Below, piece after piece: positions 9,752 through 18,565 of a stretch of DNA of 64,000 bases. The notes under the pieces were generated by a model. That model was not told the origin of the DNA. It saw only the letters and a list, made by a program, of their open reading frames with translations, and did no database searches. The stretch comes from Candidatus Eiseniibacteriota bacterium. Lineage in GTDB: Bacteria; Eisenbacteria; RBG-16-71-46. The stretch is taken from NCBI GenBank assembly GCA_963717505.1, contig OY970342.1:1664001-1728000 (forward strand), written 5' to 3'. Numbering within the stretch: position 1 is the stretch's first letter; the number at the start of each line of letters is the position of its first letter. Made by a program: the position numbers and the translations under genes.

Positions 9752-11887
9752 ATGACTTTGAATGCTTCGGTGCACCTGGCGCCCAACGTTCCCTGGATCC
9801 TGTTTGCGATCCTGACCCTGGCCGCGATCGGTCTCGGTCTCTGGGCGTATCGTTTCGCGATTCCTCCGCTTCCGGCGCTGGCGCGTCGCATCCTGCCCGC
9901 GCTCCGGATCGCAGCCCTGGTGGTTCTGCTCTGGCTCCTGGCCCAGCCGATCCTCGAGCGTCCACGCGCCGCCGGGGACCGGCTGCTGGTCCTGCTCGAC
10001 CGCTCGAGCAGCATGGAGCTGCCGGTCGAACCCGGGGGTACGGCGCGCTCGCGCGTCGCGGGGATCGCCGCGGAGCAGGTTCGCCGCGCCTGGCGCGGCA
10101 GCGCCCAGATCATTCCGTTCGCGACGCGCATGGCCCTCGACTCGACGAGCCGCATCGGCCCGGGGACCACGGCCTTGGGCGACGTGCTCGCCGAGATCGG
10201 CCGTCTCGGCGACGCCGAGGCGGTGGGTGCGGTGGTCGTGGTCACCGACGGTGCCGCCAACCAGGGCGCCGATCCGGTGGCGGCGGCGCGCACGCTCGGC
10301 GTTCCGGTCCACGGTGTGCTCGTCGGCTCCTCCCGGCTCGAGGATCGCGCGATCGCCGGCATCGAGACCTCCACCGGGGCTCGGGTCGGCCGGGCGACCC
10401 CCGTGCGCGTTCGAGTCACGTCGACCGAGCCGGCCGGCGATCGGTTCACCGTGCGGCTGCGTGACGGCACGCGCGAGCTGGGCCGCACGACGGTGGTTTC
10501 GCCGGGCTCCGGTGCGGAAACCGTGGCCGAGTTCGCGGTCACGCCGCTCAAGGCCGGTCTCGCGTTGTGGACCGCCGAGACCGACTCGCTGCGCGGCGAG
10601 CTGACCGGTGTCAACAATGCGCGCCAGGTGGCCGTGGAGGTGGCACCCGGGCGACTCGAAGTGGTGATCGTGAGCAGTGGGCTCAACTGGGACCTCGGGT
10701 TCCTGCGGCGCTCCCTGGTCGCGGATTCCGGGCTGGCGCTCGCCTCGTGGGTGCGCAGCGGTGACGACTGGAACCGGCTGGAAGGCCAGTCCCCGCGCGC
10801 TCCGGGACCCGAGGAGCTGCGCGGTGCGGCAGTCGTGATCCTCGACGGATTGTCGGCGGAGGCCGTCTCGTCCGGGTTCGATGCCGCGCTCCATGGCTTC
10901 GTACGCCGGGGTGGCGCGCTGATTGCGATCGGGGGTCCCGCGCCCGGGGTGGCGCGCTTCCGGACTGGAGCGTTCGCGAACGATCTGGCGTTCGACTTGG
11001 ACGGCGGCTCGATCGTCGAACGCGCGACTCCCGAGCCGGCTCCCGAAGCGGGCGAACTGATGGCGTGGGACGACGACCCGGCACGCGGCGATCGCGCGTG
11101 GCGGTCCGCGGCCCCACTTGGCGATCCGGCGCCGATCGTGGCCGGCGGCGGCGATCGGTTGCTGGTCCGTGCGGCCGACGGCGGACCGCCGCTGATGCTG
11201 GTGCGGCGCATCGGGCGTGGGCAGGTGTTGGTCGTGAACGGGACCGGATTCTGGCGATGGTCGTTGTCGGGAACCGACGAGCTGTCGGCCGAGCGATTCC
11301 GGCGGCTGTGGCGGAACCTGGTGCGGGCTCTGGCCGAGCCGGTCCAGGGCGAGCCGCTGCGGGTGCGACCCGAACGTCGGCTCACGCCGTATGGGGAAGA
11401 GGTTCGATTGTTCGCCACACTCCAGGACGATGCATTTCATCCGGTCGCGGGCGCCGAAGTCGTGGCCGAGCTGCGTGACGAGTCGGGAGGCTCGCGCCGC
11501 GTGGTGTTCGAGCCGGGTAGTCCGGGGAGTTACGTGGCGCGCGTCGATGATCTGTCGCCCGGGCGTCACGAAGTGAACGCGCGCGCGGTCCGCGCCGGGC
11601 GCGAGCTGGGTCGAGCGACCAGCGAGCTGGCCGTGGATCGTTGGAGCCTCGAGGCGGCGCGCGTGGTGCCGGACAGCGCGCTGATCGCCGCGGTGGCCAA
11701 GGCGTCGGGTGGCCAGGTGGCAACGGTCGAGCAATTGTCGCGCTGGACGCGCGGGCTCGAAACCCGCGCGCTGGCGCGGGCACGCACCGAATCGGTGCGG
11801 CTGTGGGAGTCGCCGTGGACGTTCGTGTTCGTGGTGGCGGCTCTGGGTGTGGAGTGGGCGTGGCGCCGGCGCCGCGGCCTGCCCTGA
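9752..11887 (+). CDS. membrane protein with vWA-like domain, Ig-like domain and glutamine-amidotransferase-like region
   Basis: Two N-terminal TM helices, MIDAS-like LLDRSSSM ... VVTDG, and a C-terminal TM ending EWAWRRRRGLP. Confidence 0.75.
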   Translation: MTLNASVHLAPNVPWILFAILTLAAIGLGLWAYRFAIPPLPALARRILPALRIAALVVLLWLLAQPILERPRAAGDRLLVLLDRSSSMELPVEPGGTARSRVAGIAAEQVRRAWRGSAQIIPFATRMALDSTSRIGPGTTALGDVLAEIGRLGDAEAVGAVVVVTDGAANQGADPVAAARTLGVPVHGVLVGSSRLEDRAIAGIETSTGARVGRATPVRVRVTSTEPAGDRFTVRLRDGTRELGRTTVVSPGSGAETVAEFAVTPLKAGLALWTAETDSLRGELTGVNNARQVAVEVAPGRLEVVIVSSGLNWDLGFLRRSLVADSGLALASWVRSGDDWNRLEGQSPRAPGPEELRGAAVVILDGLSAEAVSSGFDAALHGFVRRGGALIAIGGPAPGVARFRTGAFANDLAFDLDGGSIVERATPEPAPEAGELMAWDDDPARGDRAWRSAAPLGDPAPIVAGGGDRLLVRAADGGPPLMLVRRIGRGQVLVVNGTGFWRWSLSGTDELSAERFRRLWRNLVRALAEPVQGEPLRVRPERRLTPYGEEVRLFATLQDDAFHPVAGAEVVAELRDESGGSRRVVFEPGSPGSYVARVDDLSPGRHEVNARAVRAGRELGRATSELAVDRWSLEAARVVPDSALIAAVAKASGGQVATVEQLSRWTRGLETRALARARTESVRLWESPWTFVFVVAALGVEWAWRRRRGLP

Positions 11888-11934
11888 TCGCCGGGAGTCC
11901 CGGGTAAGGCCATCCGCCCCCGCGGAGCCGTCGG

Positions 11935-13587
11935 ATGACGTGGGGGAGAGTCGTGGCCGCCGTGGCGACGTGCGTGTTGGGTTCTGCGGCATTGGCGCCG
12001 CGTGTGCAGGCCGAGTGCGCGCCGCCCGGGCGCGCGATCGTCGCCGAGATCCTCTACGACGCTGCCGGCGACGACACCGGGCATGAGTTCATCGAGCTGT
12101 TCAACCCCACCGGCGCAGACTGCGCGCTCGACGGCGCACGCATCGAAGCCGGCGACGGCTCGGGTCCCGGTCGGTGGACCGCGCGCTGGACCGGCGGACC
12201 CAACGATCGCGTGGTGGCGGGCGGGCGTTTCGTGATCGGCGGCAGCTCGGTTCCTGCTGCGAATGCGGTCGCCGCCCTCGATCTCCAGAATGGCCCCGAC
12301 GCGGTGCGCCTCGTCTGGCCGGACGGTGCCTCCGAGGTCGTCGGTTACGGCACACACGAGTTCGCCGAATACGCGTGCGGCGTTCCCGCGCCCGATGCGT
12401 CCTCCGGCTTCTCGCTCGCTCGCGTGCCCGATGGCGCCGCGCGCGGATCCAACGCCGAGGACTTCCGTCCCGACCTGCCGTCCCCGGGGCAGCCGAACCA
12501 GGTGGCGCGCGACGCGGCGCTGGTGCCCGGGAGCCTGGCGCTCGAGCCCGCTCATCCGGAGTCCGGCGCGACCATGCGCGTGCGCGCGGCCGTGGTCTCG
12601 CGCGGGGCTGCGGCACTCGAAGCCGGCATCATCGCCACCAGCTTCTGGCTCGATGACCTCCTGCTCGGGACCTACACCATCCCGCGCGCGGTGACCGCGG
12701 CCGACACCGCGTGGAGCGAGATCACCGTGCCTTCGGGCTCGCCCGGAAAGCGGGTCCTGAGGGCGGTCATTGCCGCGATCGGCGATGGTGCCCCCGGCAA
12801 CGATCGCGATTCCGCGCGAGTTCGGATCGGCCGGGGTCCACTCGTGCCCACCGAGATCCAGTTCCATCCGGAACGCGGCGAAGGCGAGTGGATCGAAGTT
12901 CGCAACGCCGCATTCGAGTCCGTCGATGTCTCCGGCTTTCGCCTCGCCGATCGCACGGCGTCCGGAGCGACGATCGCGCCCGGCGCCTGGCTCGAGCCCG
13001 AGAGTCTGGCGGTCCTCTGTCAGGACCGCGCCGCGTTCCTCTCGCGATTCCCGGCACTCGATACCGCGCGTGTCTGGGAGGCGAGGCCCTGGGCGGCACT
13101 CAACAACAACGACGGCGGCGACGGTTCTGCCGACATCGTGCGTTTGATCGAGGTCGACGGCACTCCGTGCTCGGAAGACCCCTACTCGGCGGCGGGGATT
13201 CCCGATGGCGTGCCGCTCGAGCGCGGCCTCGACGGCAGCTGGGCGCCGGCGCTCGATGCGACGGGCTCGCCGCTCCGTCCACCCCGGCCGCCGGCGCCGA
13301 TCGCAAACAACTTCGATATCCAGCCGCGCCGGGTGAGGCCGGGGCTGCCGGTAACCCTCGAATGGGCGCTCCCCTGGCCGCGCGCCACGCTCGCGATTCG
13401 CGTCTTCGATCTCGAGGGCGGGTTTGTCGCTCATGCGGCGACCGCACTCGAAGCCGGCGCTCGTGGTGCCCTCGCGTGGACGCCGAGCGGCCTGGCGCCG
13501 GGCGTCTATGTCGTCTCGTTGCTCGCGCACTCGCCCGCCGGCGCTTCGGTTTCTGCGGCCCGGGTCCTTCAGGTGTCGGAACGGTGA
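11935..13587 (+). CDS. secreted lamin-tail-domain protein (LTD-CARDB-LTD) with T9SS/FlgD-like C-terminal Ig domain
   Basis: Signal peptide; two LTD motifs (AEILYD...EFIELFN; TEIQF...EWIEVRN); CARDB-like PGND; C-terminal IRVFDLEG...W...LAPGVYVV. Confidence 0.75.
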   Translation: MTWGRVVAAVATCVLGSAALAPRVQAECAPPGRAIVAEILYDAAGDDTGHEFIELFNPTGADCALDGARIEAGDGSGPGRWTARWTGGPNDRVVAGGRFVIGGSSVPAANAVAALDLQNGPDAVRLVWPDGASEVVGYGTHEFAEYACGVPAPDASSGFSLARVPDGAARGSNAEDFRPDLPSPGQPNQVARDAALVPGSLALEPAHPESGATMRVRAAVVSRGAAALEAGIIATSFWLDDLLLGTYTIPRAVTAADTAWSEITVPSGSPGKRVLRAVIAAIGDGAPGNDRDSARVRIGRGPLVPTEIQFHPERGEGEWIEVRNAAFESVDVSGFRLADRTASGATIAPGAWLEPESLAVLCQDRAAFLSRFPALDTARVWEARPWAALNNNDGGDGSADIVRLIEVDGTPCSEDPYSAAGIPDGVPLERGLDGSWAPALDATGSPLRPPRPPAPIANNFDIQPRRVRPGLPVTLEWALPWPRATLAIRVFDLEGGFVAHAATALEAGARGALAWTPSGLAPGVYVVSLLAHSPAGASVSAARVLQVSER

Positions 13588-14354
13588 AGTCGAATGTCGT
13601 GGTGGTCGTGTGTGTCGGAGTGGTGGTGGCACTCGCGGGGCGCGGGCACGGCCAGGACTTTCCCGCGCCGGTTCCCCACGCCGGACCCGGTTCAGCCTCG
13701 GAATTCCTCGAGCGCGGTCTGCCGGCACTCGAGTCGTGGGACGTCTCCGTGGCCGGCGTGCGGCGCTTCGGCTTGGCCGAACTCGAGACTCGCGCGCTGT
13801 CTGCTCGCGCCGGATGGCGTTCGCTGCGCGCCGCGGCCGGCGTCTCGCAGACCGGGGGACCCGAGCTGGGGTGGTGGTCCTGCGGCTCGGCGGCCGGGTT
13901 CGCAACCGGTGCCGCCGGCGCCGGCGTGAAAGCGCTCGCGCGCCGCGACCGGGCGACCCCGAATGCACCGGCGTTCGAGGCCGGCGGTGGCGCGTGGATC
14001 GTGGTGGGTCGAGGGCACACGGTCTGGATCGCGCACCCGCAGGGGATGCAACGGGGCGCCTCACCGTTGTCGCGCGGTCTCGAGATCGGAGTCCGCTGGA
14101 CGCAAAACGATTTCGAAGTCTGGCTCGCCCGCGAGTCGGCGGCCGATGGCGCGGGCGTGGACCGGCACCGTGCCGGAGGCGCGCTGATCGCGGGTCCGGC
14201 GCGCGTGGTTCTCGAGCTGCGGGAGGCGCCGTTGCGCGTCAGTGTCGGGGTCTCGGCGCGCCGCGGTGGTCTGGGCGCCGCAGCGTCGGTCGACGAGCAT
14301 CCGATTCTCCCCGGCACCACGCGCCTCGGCGTCTCCCTGGGTCCAGCACCGTGA
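13584..14354 (+). CDS. hypothetical secreted, beta-strand-rich protein (possible outer-membrane barrel)
   Basis: GTG start overlapping the upstream stop, signal-peptide-like N-terminus, alternating hydrophobic strands, and C-terminal HPILPGTTRLGVSL. Confidence 0.55.
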   Translation: MKSNVVVVVCVGVVVALAGRGHGQDFPAPVPHAGPGSASEFLERGLPALESWDVSVAGVRRFGLAELETRALSARAGWRSLRAAAGVSQTGGPELGWWSCGSAAGFATGAAGAGVKALARRDRATPNAPAFEAGGGAWIVVGRGHTVWIAHPQGMQRGASPLSRGLEIGVRWTQNDFEVWLARESAADGAGVDRHRAGGALIAGPARVVLELREAPLRVSVGVSARRGGLGAAASVDEHPILPGTTRLGVSLGPAP

Positions 14355-15808
14355 ACTCGAGCATCGCTCGGGTGACCCGCTCCCGCCGCGTCGCGACCCT
14401 GATCGGCTTTGCGATCCGACGCCTCGCATGTCTGGGGCTGATCGTCGGGCTGCCGGCCCTGGCGCTCGCCGAAGGCGAGCCTCTCGGCCCGTCGTTCGAT
14501 CCGCCCGCCGACGTCGAAGACGGACTCGACTTCGAGGTCGAGCGGGCCGACTCGCTCGATCAGGGCGCGCTCGAAGTCGGCGTCGGGTTCACCGGGCTCG
14601 GGGATCGCTACCGTCGCCGGCGCCACGTGCGCTTCAGCGGAGACAGCCTCGACGGCTCGGTGCGCGAGGGCAACGACGACGCGCTCGCCGGTTCCGATCT
14701 CGAAGGCGCGTTGCTGGGCGGATGGTTCGGAGTCGGTCGCGTGGCGCCGCGCTGGGGGCGTGGCCTTGCGGTCGGCAATCCCGCCTCACCCTGGGCGCGC
14801 GAGCCGCGCCGCACGATCTATCGCCGCAAGCCGAGCGAGGATCTCGCGTGGTACCGCCGGGCGCGCGGCCGCGCCCGCGTCGGCCTGCTCGCCGGTCAGA
14901 TCGAGCGCCGATCCCTGGCGGGCCTCGAACTGGGATTCGCGGAGGTTCATCTCGGGCTGACCGGGGACCGGGCGGGTCCGGGGCACGCAAGCGCCTGGTG
15001 GGTGGGGCCGACCGCAGGCGTCGAGCTGGTCGCGGACCGGCGCGGTCGCTGGCGCAGCGAAGTGGCGCTCGATCGCGCGAACCCGACCGGCATCCTGCGG
15101 TTGACCGTACGCGGCGGGTCGGCGTCCTACGTGCCGCTCGGCGACCTGCGGCGCGCCGGTCCCTCGCGCGCGATCGCCCTCGGGGCTCAACGCGCGTTCG
15201 GTGCCAACTCCCCGGCTCGTGTCGCGCTGTTCGTCGCCTTGTGGCGATTCGCGCCCGGCCTCGCGGGCGCTCGCCTGGCCGCGGAGTGGGACCAGGGATT
15301 CGCGAACGGCGGCCACCTCGTGGCCGGCATCGAGGAGCAACACGGGACGCGTCGCGATCCGCGCATCCACGTGACCGGCGCCCGCGCCGCGTGGCGCGAG
15401 CGCGAGGACCGGCGCCAAGGGCTGTGGGGCGAGTGGCGGTCCGGCCCCGGGCCGGTGGCGCTCGGGTTCAGGCACGAAGCCTGGGGCCAGCGCTGGGCGC
15501 GCGACGCCGTGCGTCACGTGGTCACCGCACGCGCCGAAACGCGACTGCTCGACTTCCTGCGCGTGCGCGTCACCCAGTCGGTGTTCCGCCTCGAGCGTGG
15601 CGAGCACGTCTACCTGCCGGAACCCGGCGCCGACCGTCTGGTGATGCGATCGCTGAGCGGGCGCGGTGAGCGCGTGCGGGTCGAGCTCGGTCTCCCCTTC
15701 GCGGGCGGCGAGCTGAGCGGGGCCGTGTATCGCACCTCCGGCGATCGGCCGGCGGGCGCGGAATGGACGCTGGACTGGACGCGGCGGGCGCGCATCCGCC
15801 GCCGCTGA
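14351..15808 (+). CDS. hypothetical secreted protein, possible outer-membrane beta-barrel
   Basis: GTGA coupling with the upstream gene, signal-like LACLGLIVGLPALALA, and amphipathic strand pattern. Confidence 0.55.
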   Translation: MNSSIARVTRSRRVATLIGFAIRRLACLGLIVGLPALALAEGEPLGPSFDPPADVEDGLDFEVERADSLDQGALEVGVGFTGLGDRYRRRRHVRFSGDSLDGSVREGNDDALAGSDLEGALLGGWFGVGRVAPRWGRGLAVGNPASPWAREPRRTIYRRKPSEDLAWYRRARGRARVGLLAGQIERRSLAGLELGFAEVHLGLTGDRAGPGHASAWWVGPTAGVELVADRRGRWRSEVALDRANPTGILRLTVRGGSASYVPLGDLRRAGPSRAIALGAQRAFGANSPARVALFVALWRFAPGLAGARLAAEWDQGFANGGHLVAGIEEQHGTRRDPRIHVTGARAAWREREDRRQGLWGEWRSGPGPVALGFRHEAWGQRWARDAVRHVVTARAETRLLDFLRVRVTQSVFRLERGEHVYLPEPGADRLVMRSLSGRGERVRVELGLPFAGGELSGAVYRTSGDRPAGAEWTLDWTRRARIRRR

Positions 15809-15987
15809 GGGGCGAACCGGCCGGAGTCTTGCTCGGGTGGCGGTGTCCGCGGCAACGCGCACGGCGATGGCGTTGAACCCGGCATCGCCGTGGACGAAGC
15901 GACCTCCGCGTGACCTTTTCGTGCGGGCGACGGCATCCCACGGCCGGCTTTCCGCGAGTCGAGGAACGCCCCCGCAGGAGCACTCTG

Positions 15988-16632
15988 GTGAAGCTTGTGA
16001 TGAAGTCGGTTCTCGGAACGGTCGCGTGCGTGGCGTTGTCGCTCGCCGGACTCGATGCATCGCCGATTGCAGCGCAGACGCTGCGTCTCAACGAAATCCT
16101 GCCGGGCCCGGCGCGCGACTGGGACGGCAGCGGGACGTTCTCGTCCCGCGACGACGAGTGGATCGAGGTCGTGAATGCCGGGGCGGGGCCGCTCGACCTG
16201 GCCGGCTGGTTCGTGACCGACGGCGACTCGATTCCGCGCTACGCGTTTCAGGGCACGCTCGATGCCGGAGTGCGGCGGATGGTAACCGGGCGCGAGTCGT
16301 ACGATTGGGAACGAGCCTCGGGATTTCCGGCGTTCGGTTTCTCACTGGCGAATTCCGGCGACGCGGTCTTGTTGTGGCAGGTGACGGGCGACGACACCAC
16401 CCTGGTCGATCAGTACGCCTACCGGGCGCACGAGGCGGCAGCCGACCGCGCGATCGGCCGATTGCCGGAGGGCACGGGGGCGTGGGTGCTGTTCGACGGA
16501 CTGAATCCCTACACCGGCGCGACACCGCCGCCCGGGAGCGGCTGTCCGCCGACCCCCGGCGGCAGCAATGCGTGCGCTACCACGCCGGTCCATTCCGCCA
16601 CCTGGGGCGCGGTGCGCAAACTCTATCGATAG
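15988..16632 (+). CDS. secreted lamin-tail-domain protein with C-terminal TWGAVRKLYR motif
   Basis: AGGAG SD before GTG 15988, signal peptide, LTD motifs LRLNEIL and DEWIEVVN...LDLAGW, and PTPGGSN. Confidence 0.8.
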   Translation: MKLVMKSVLGTVACVALSLAGLDASPIAAQTLRLNEILPGPARDWDGSGTFSSRDDEWIEVVNAGAGPLDLAGWFVTDGDSIPRYAFQGTLDAGVRRMVTGRESYDWERASGFPAFGFSLANSGDAVLLWQVTGDDTTLVDQYAYRAHEAAADRAIGRLPEGTGAWVLFDGLNPYTGATPPPGSGCPPTPGGSNACATTPVHSATWGAVRKLYR

Positions 16633-16662
16633 GGTTTGTTCGAGATTTCGGGCCCAGAGGGG

Positions 16663-16799
16663 GAAGTCGGACTCATGGGCTGCCGGGCGGCGAGTCGGAG
16701 ACGTGCGTAGCCAGGGATGGCGGAGCACGTCGATGTCTCAGCGAAGCGAAGCAGGATGCGAAGCGAAGCGGCCGCCAGGCTGGCCATGAGACCGACTTC
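16663..16799. repeat. intergenic palindromic element (REP/MITE-like) with 29-bp imperfect terminal inverted repeats
   Basis: 16663-16691 matches the reverse complement of 16771-16799 at 25/29. The interior has small hairpins and GCGAAGCGAAGC twice. Confidence 0.7.
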
Positions 16800-16806
16800 A
16801 GCAGCC

Positions 16807-17910
16807 TCAGGGCGTCGCGCCCGGTGCGGGCTTGGCCGGCGCCGCCTCGCCGTGCGGCGCCAGCTCGGCGACCAGTGCCTGGATGATCGCCGCGAGCGGC
16901 AGGGCGACCATCACGCCCGCGGCGCCGAGCAGCCTGCCTCCGGCGAGCACGCTGATCGTGACCACGAACGGATGGAGTTGCAGGTAGCGGCCCATCACGC
17001 GGGGGGCGACGAAGATCCCGACCAGGTTGTTGACCACGACGTACACGGCGAGCCCGATGACCAGGTGCGTCGGACCTGCGACCAGGCCGGCGACCGCGAT
17101 CGCGACTGCGACGATCAGGAATCCGAGATAGGGAATGACTTCGGCGACGCCGGCGAGCACGCCGATCAGCAGCGCATACGGGAAGCGGAAGGCCTCGAGC
17201 ACCAGGCCGGTCGAGATTCCGACGACCAGACACACGATGCCTTGTCCACGAACGTAGGCGCGGAGCGCTCGATCCACCGCATTGGACAGCGAGCGCAGGC
17301 GCGAGTGGTGTTCCGGCGGGACGAAGCGGAACACGCTGTCGCGCACCTGTCCGCCTTCGGCCAGCAGATAGAACGAGAGCAACGGCAGCACCAGCACGCC
17401 GAGCAGTTGGCCCAGGCCGCCGAACACCGCGCCGGCGCCGCCGGCCACGGTCCGCGCCAGCATGCCGGCGATGTCATCGGTGCTGGTGCGCAGCGCCTCG
17501 GCGGTCGGGCCGACATAGCCTTCGAGGCCATGGCCCTCGGCGTACTCGCGGAGATCGTAGGCGATGCCCGCCACCATTCCCGGCAGCGTTTCGAGGAATC
17601 GGCCGACTTCGGCGAACAGGCGCGGCGCCCCGAACGCGATCGTCCAGCCGACGACCACGACCACGGCCAACACGACAATCAGGCTCGCGATACCGCGCGA
17701 GACATTGAGGCGACCAAGATGAATGCGTTCCAGGACGCGCACGGGGGGCTCGAGCGCGTACGCGAAGATCAACGCCAGGCCGGCCAGCACCACGAGATCG
17801 CGCAGCACCCAGAACAACAGCGCCACCAGCAGGACGGCGGCTTCGCCGAACCACGCGGGGCGGGGGGTAACTGAGGGCGTTCCGTCGCTCACAGGCGGGC
17901 ACCGTACCAT
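16807..17910 (-). CDS. AI-2E family transporter (PerM-like)
   Basis: AYALEPPV, RAYVRGQ, EVIPYLG, APRVMG...LHPFVV and ALPLAA motifs; polytopic membrane protein. Confidence 0.9.
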   Translation of the reverse strand: MVRCPPVSDGTPSVTPRPAWFGEAAVLLVALLFWVLRDLVVLAGLALIFAYALEPPVRVLERIHLGRLNVSRGIASLIVVLAVVVVVGWTIAFGAPRLFAEVGRFLETLPGMVAGIAYDLREYAEGHGLEGYVGPTAEALRTSTDDIAGMLARTVAGGAGAVFGGLGQLLGVLVLPLLSFYLLAEGGQVRDSVFRFVPPEHHSRLRSLSNAVDRALRAYVRGQGIVCLVVGISTGLVLEAFRFPYALLIGVLAGVAEVIPYLGFLIVAVAIAVAGLVAGPTHLVIGLAVYVVVNNLVGIFVAPRVMGRYLQLHPFVVTISVLAGGRLLGAAGVMVALPLAAIIQALVAELAPHGEAAPAKPAPGATP

Positions 17911-17926
17911 GCTCGACCCGATTCGG

Positions 17927-17956
17927 TTGACCGGCGCGATTGGCCCCCCCTATAGT
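17927..17956 (+). promoter_or_regulatory. sigma70-type promoter for tRNA-Leu/smpB operon
   Basis: TTGACC-N18-TATAGT, 12 nt upstream of the tRNA. Confidence 0.7.
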
Positions 17957-17968
17957 CCTCCGCCGCGT

Positions 17969-18055
17969 GCGGAAGTGGCGGAACTGGCAGACGCACTAGA
18001 TTCAGGTTCTAGCGCCCGAAAGGGTGTGGGGGTTCAAATCCCCCCTTCCGCACCA
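17969..18055 (+). tRNA. tRNA-Leu(CAG)
   Basis: GCGGAAG acceptor stem, anticodon arm CTAGA-TTCAGGT-TCTAG, long variable arm, GGTTCAAATCC and encoded CCA. Confidence 0.97.
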
Positions 18056-18088
18056 TTCCCGTCGCGCCGAGGCCTGCCGAGCTCCTAG

Positions 18089-18565
18089 ATGCCCGAGTCC
18101 ACCGAGTCCGGCCGTCGCGCCATCGCGCTCAACCGCCGCGCCCGCCACGAGTACTTCATTCTCGAAACGTTCGAGGCGGGCCTGGTGCTGTCGGGCACCG
18201 AGGTGAAGAGCTTGCGCCACGGCAAGGCGAGTCTGGCCGAGGCCTACGCCACCATCGAAGAGGGCGAAGCCTGGATCCTGCAGATGCACATTCCTCCTTA
18301 CGCGCAGGGGAACCGTTGGAACCTGGATCCGGTCCGGCGGCGCAAGCTGCTGCTCCACCGCCGGCAAATCGAGCAGCTGGCGCGTGCGATCGAGCAGAAG
18401 GGACAGACCCTGGTGCCGCTGCGTCTCTACTTCAGCCCGCGAGGCCAAGCCAAGCTCGAGCTGGCGATCGCCCGCGGCAAGAAGTCGTACGACAAGCGCC
18501 AAACGATTGCCGAGCGCGATGCGCGCCGCGAGATCGATCGGGCGCGGCGGAGCCGGGACCGGTGA
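18089..18565 (+). CDS. smpB: SsrA-binding protein SmpB
   Basis: NRRARHEY, EAGLVLSGTEVKSLR, RKLLLH and GKKSYDKR motifs. Confidence 0.98.
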   Translation: MPESTESGRRAIALNRRARHEYFILETFEAGLVLSGTEVKSLRHGKASLAEAYATIEEGEAWILQMHIPPYAQGNRWNLDPVRRRKLLLHRRQIEQLARAIEQKGQTLVPLRLYFSPRGQAKLELAIARGKKSYDKRQTIAERDARREIDRARRSRDR

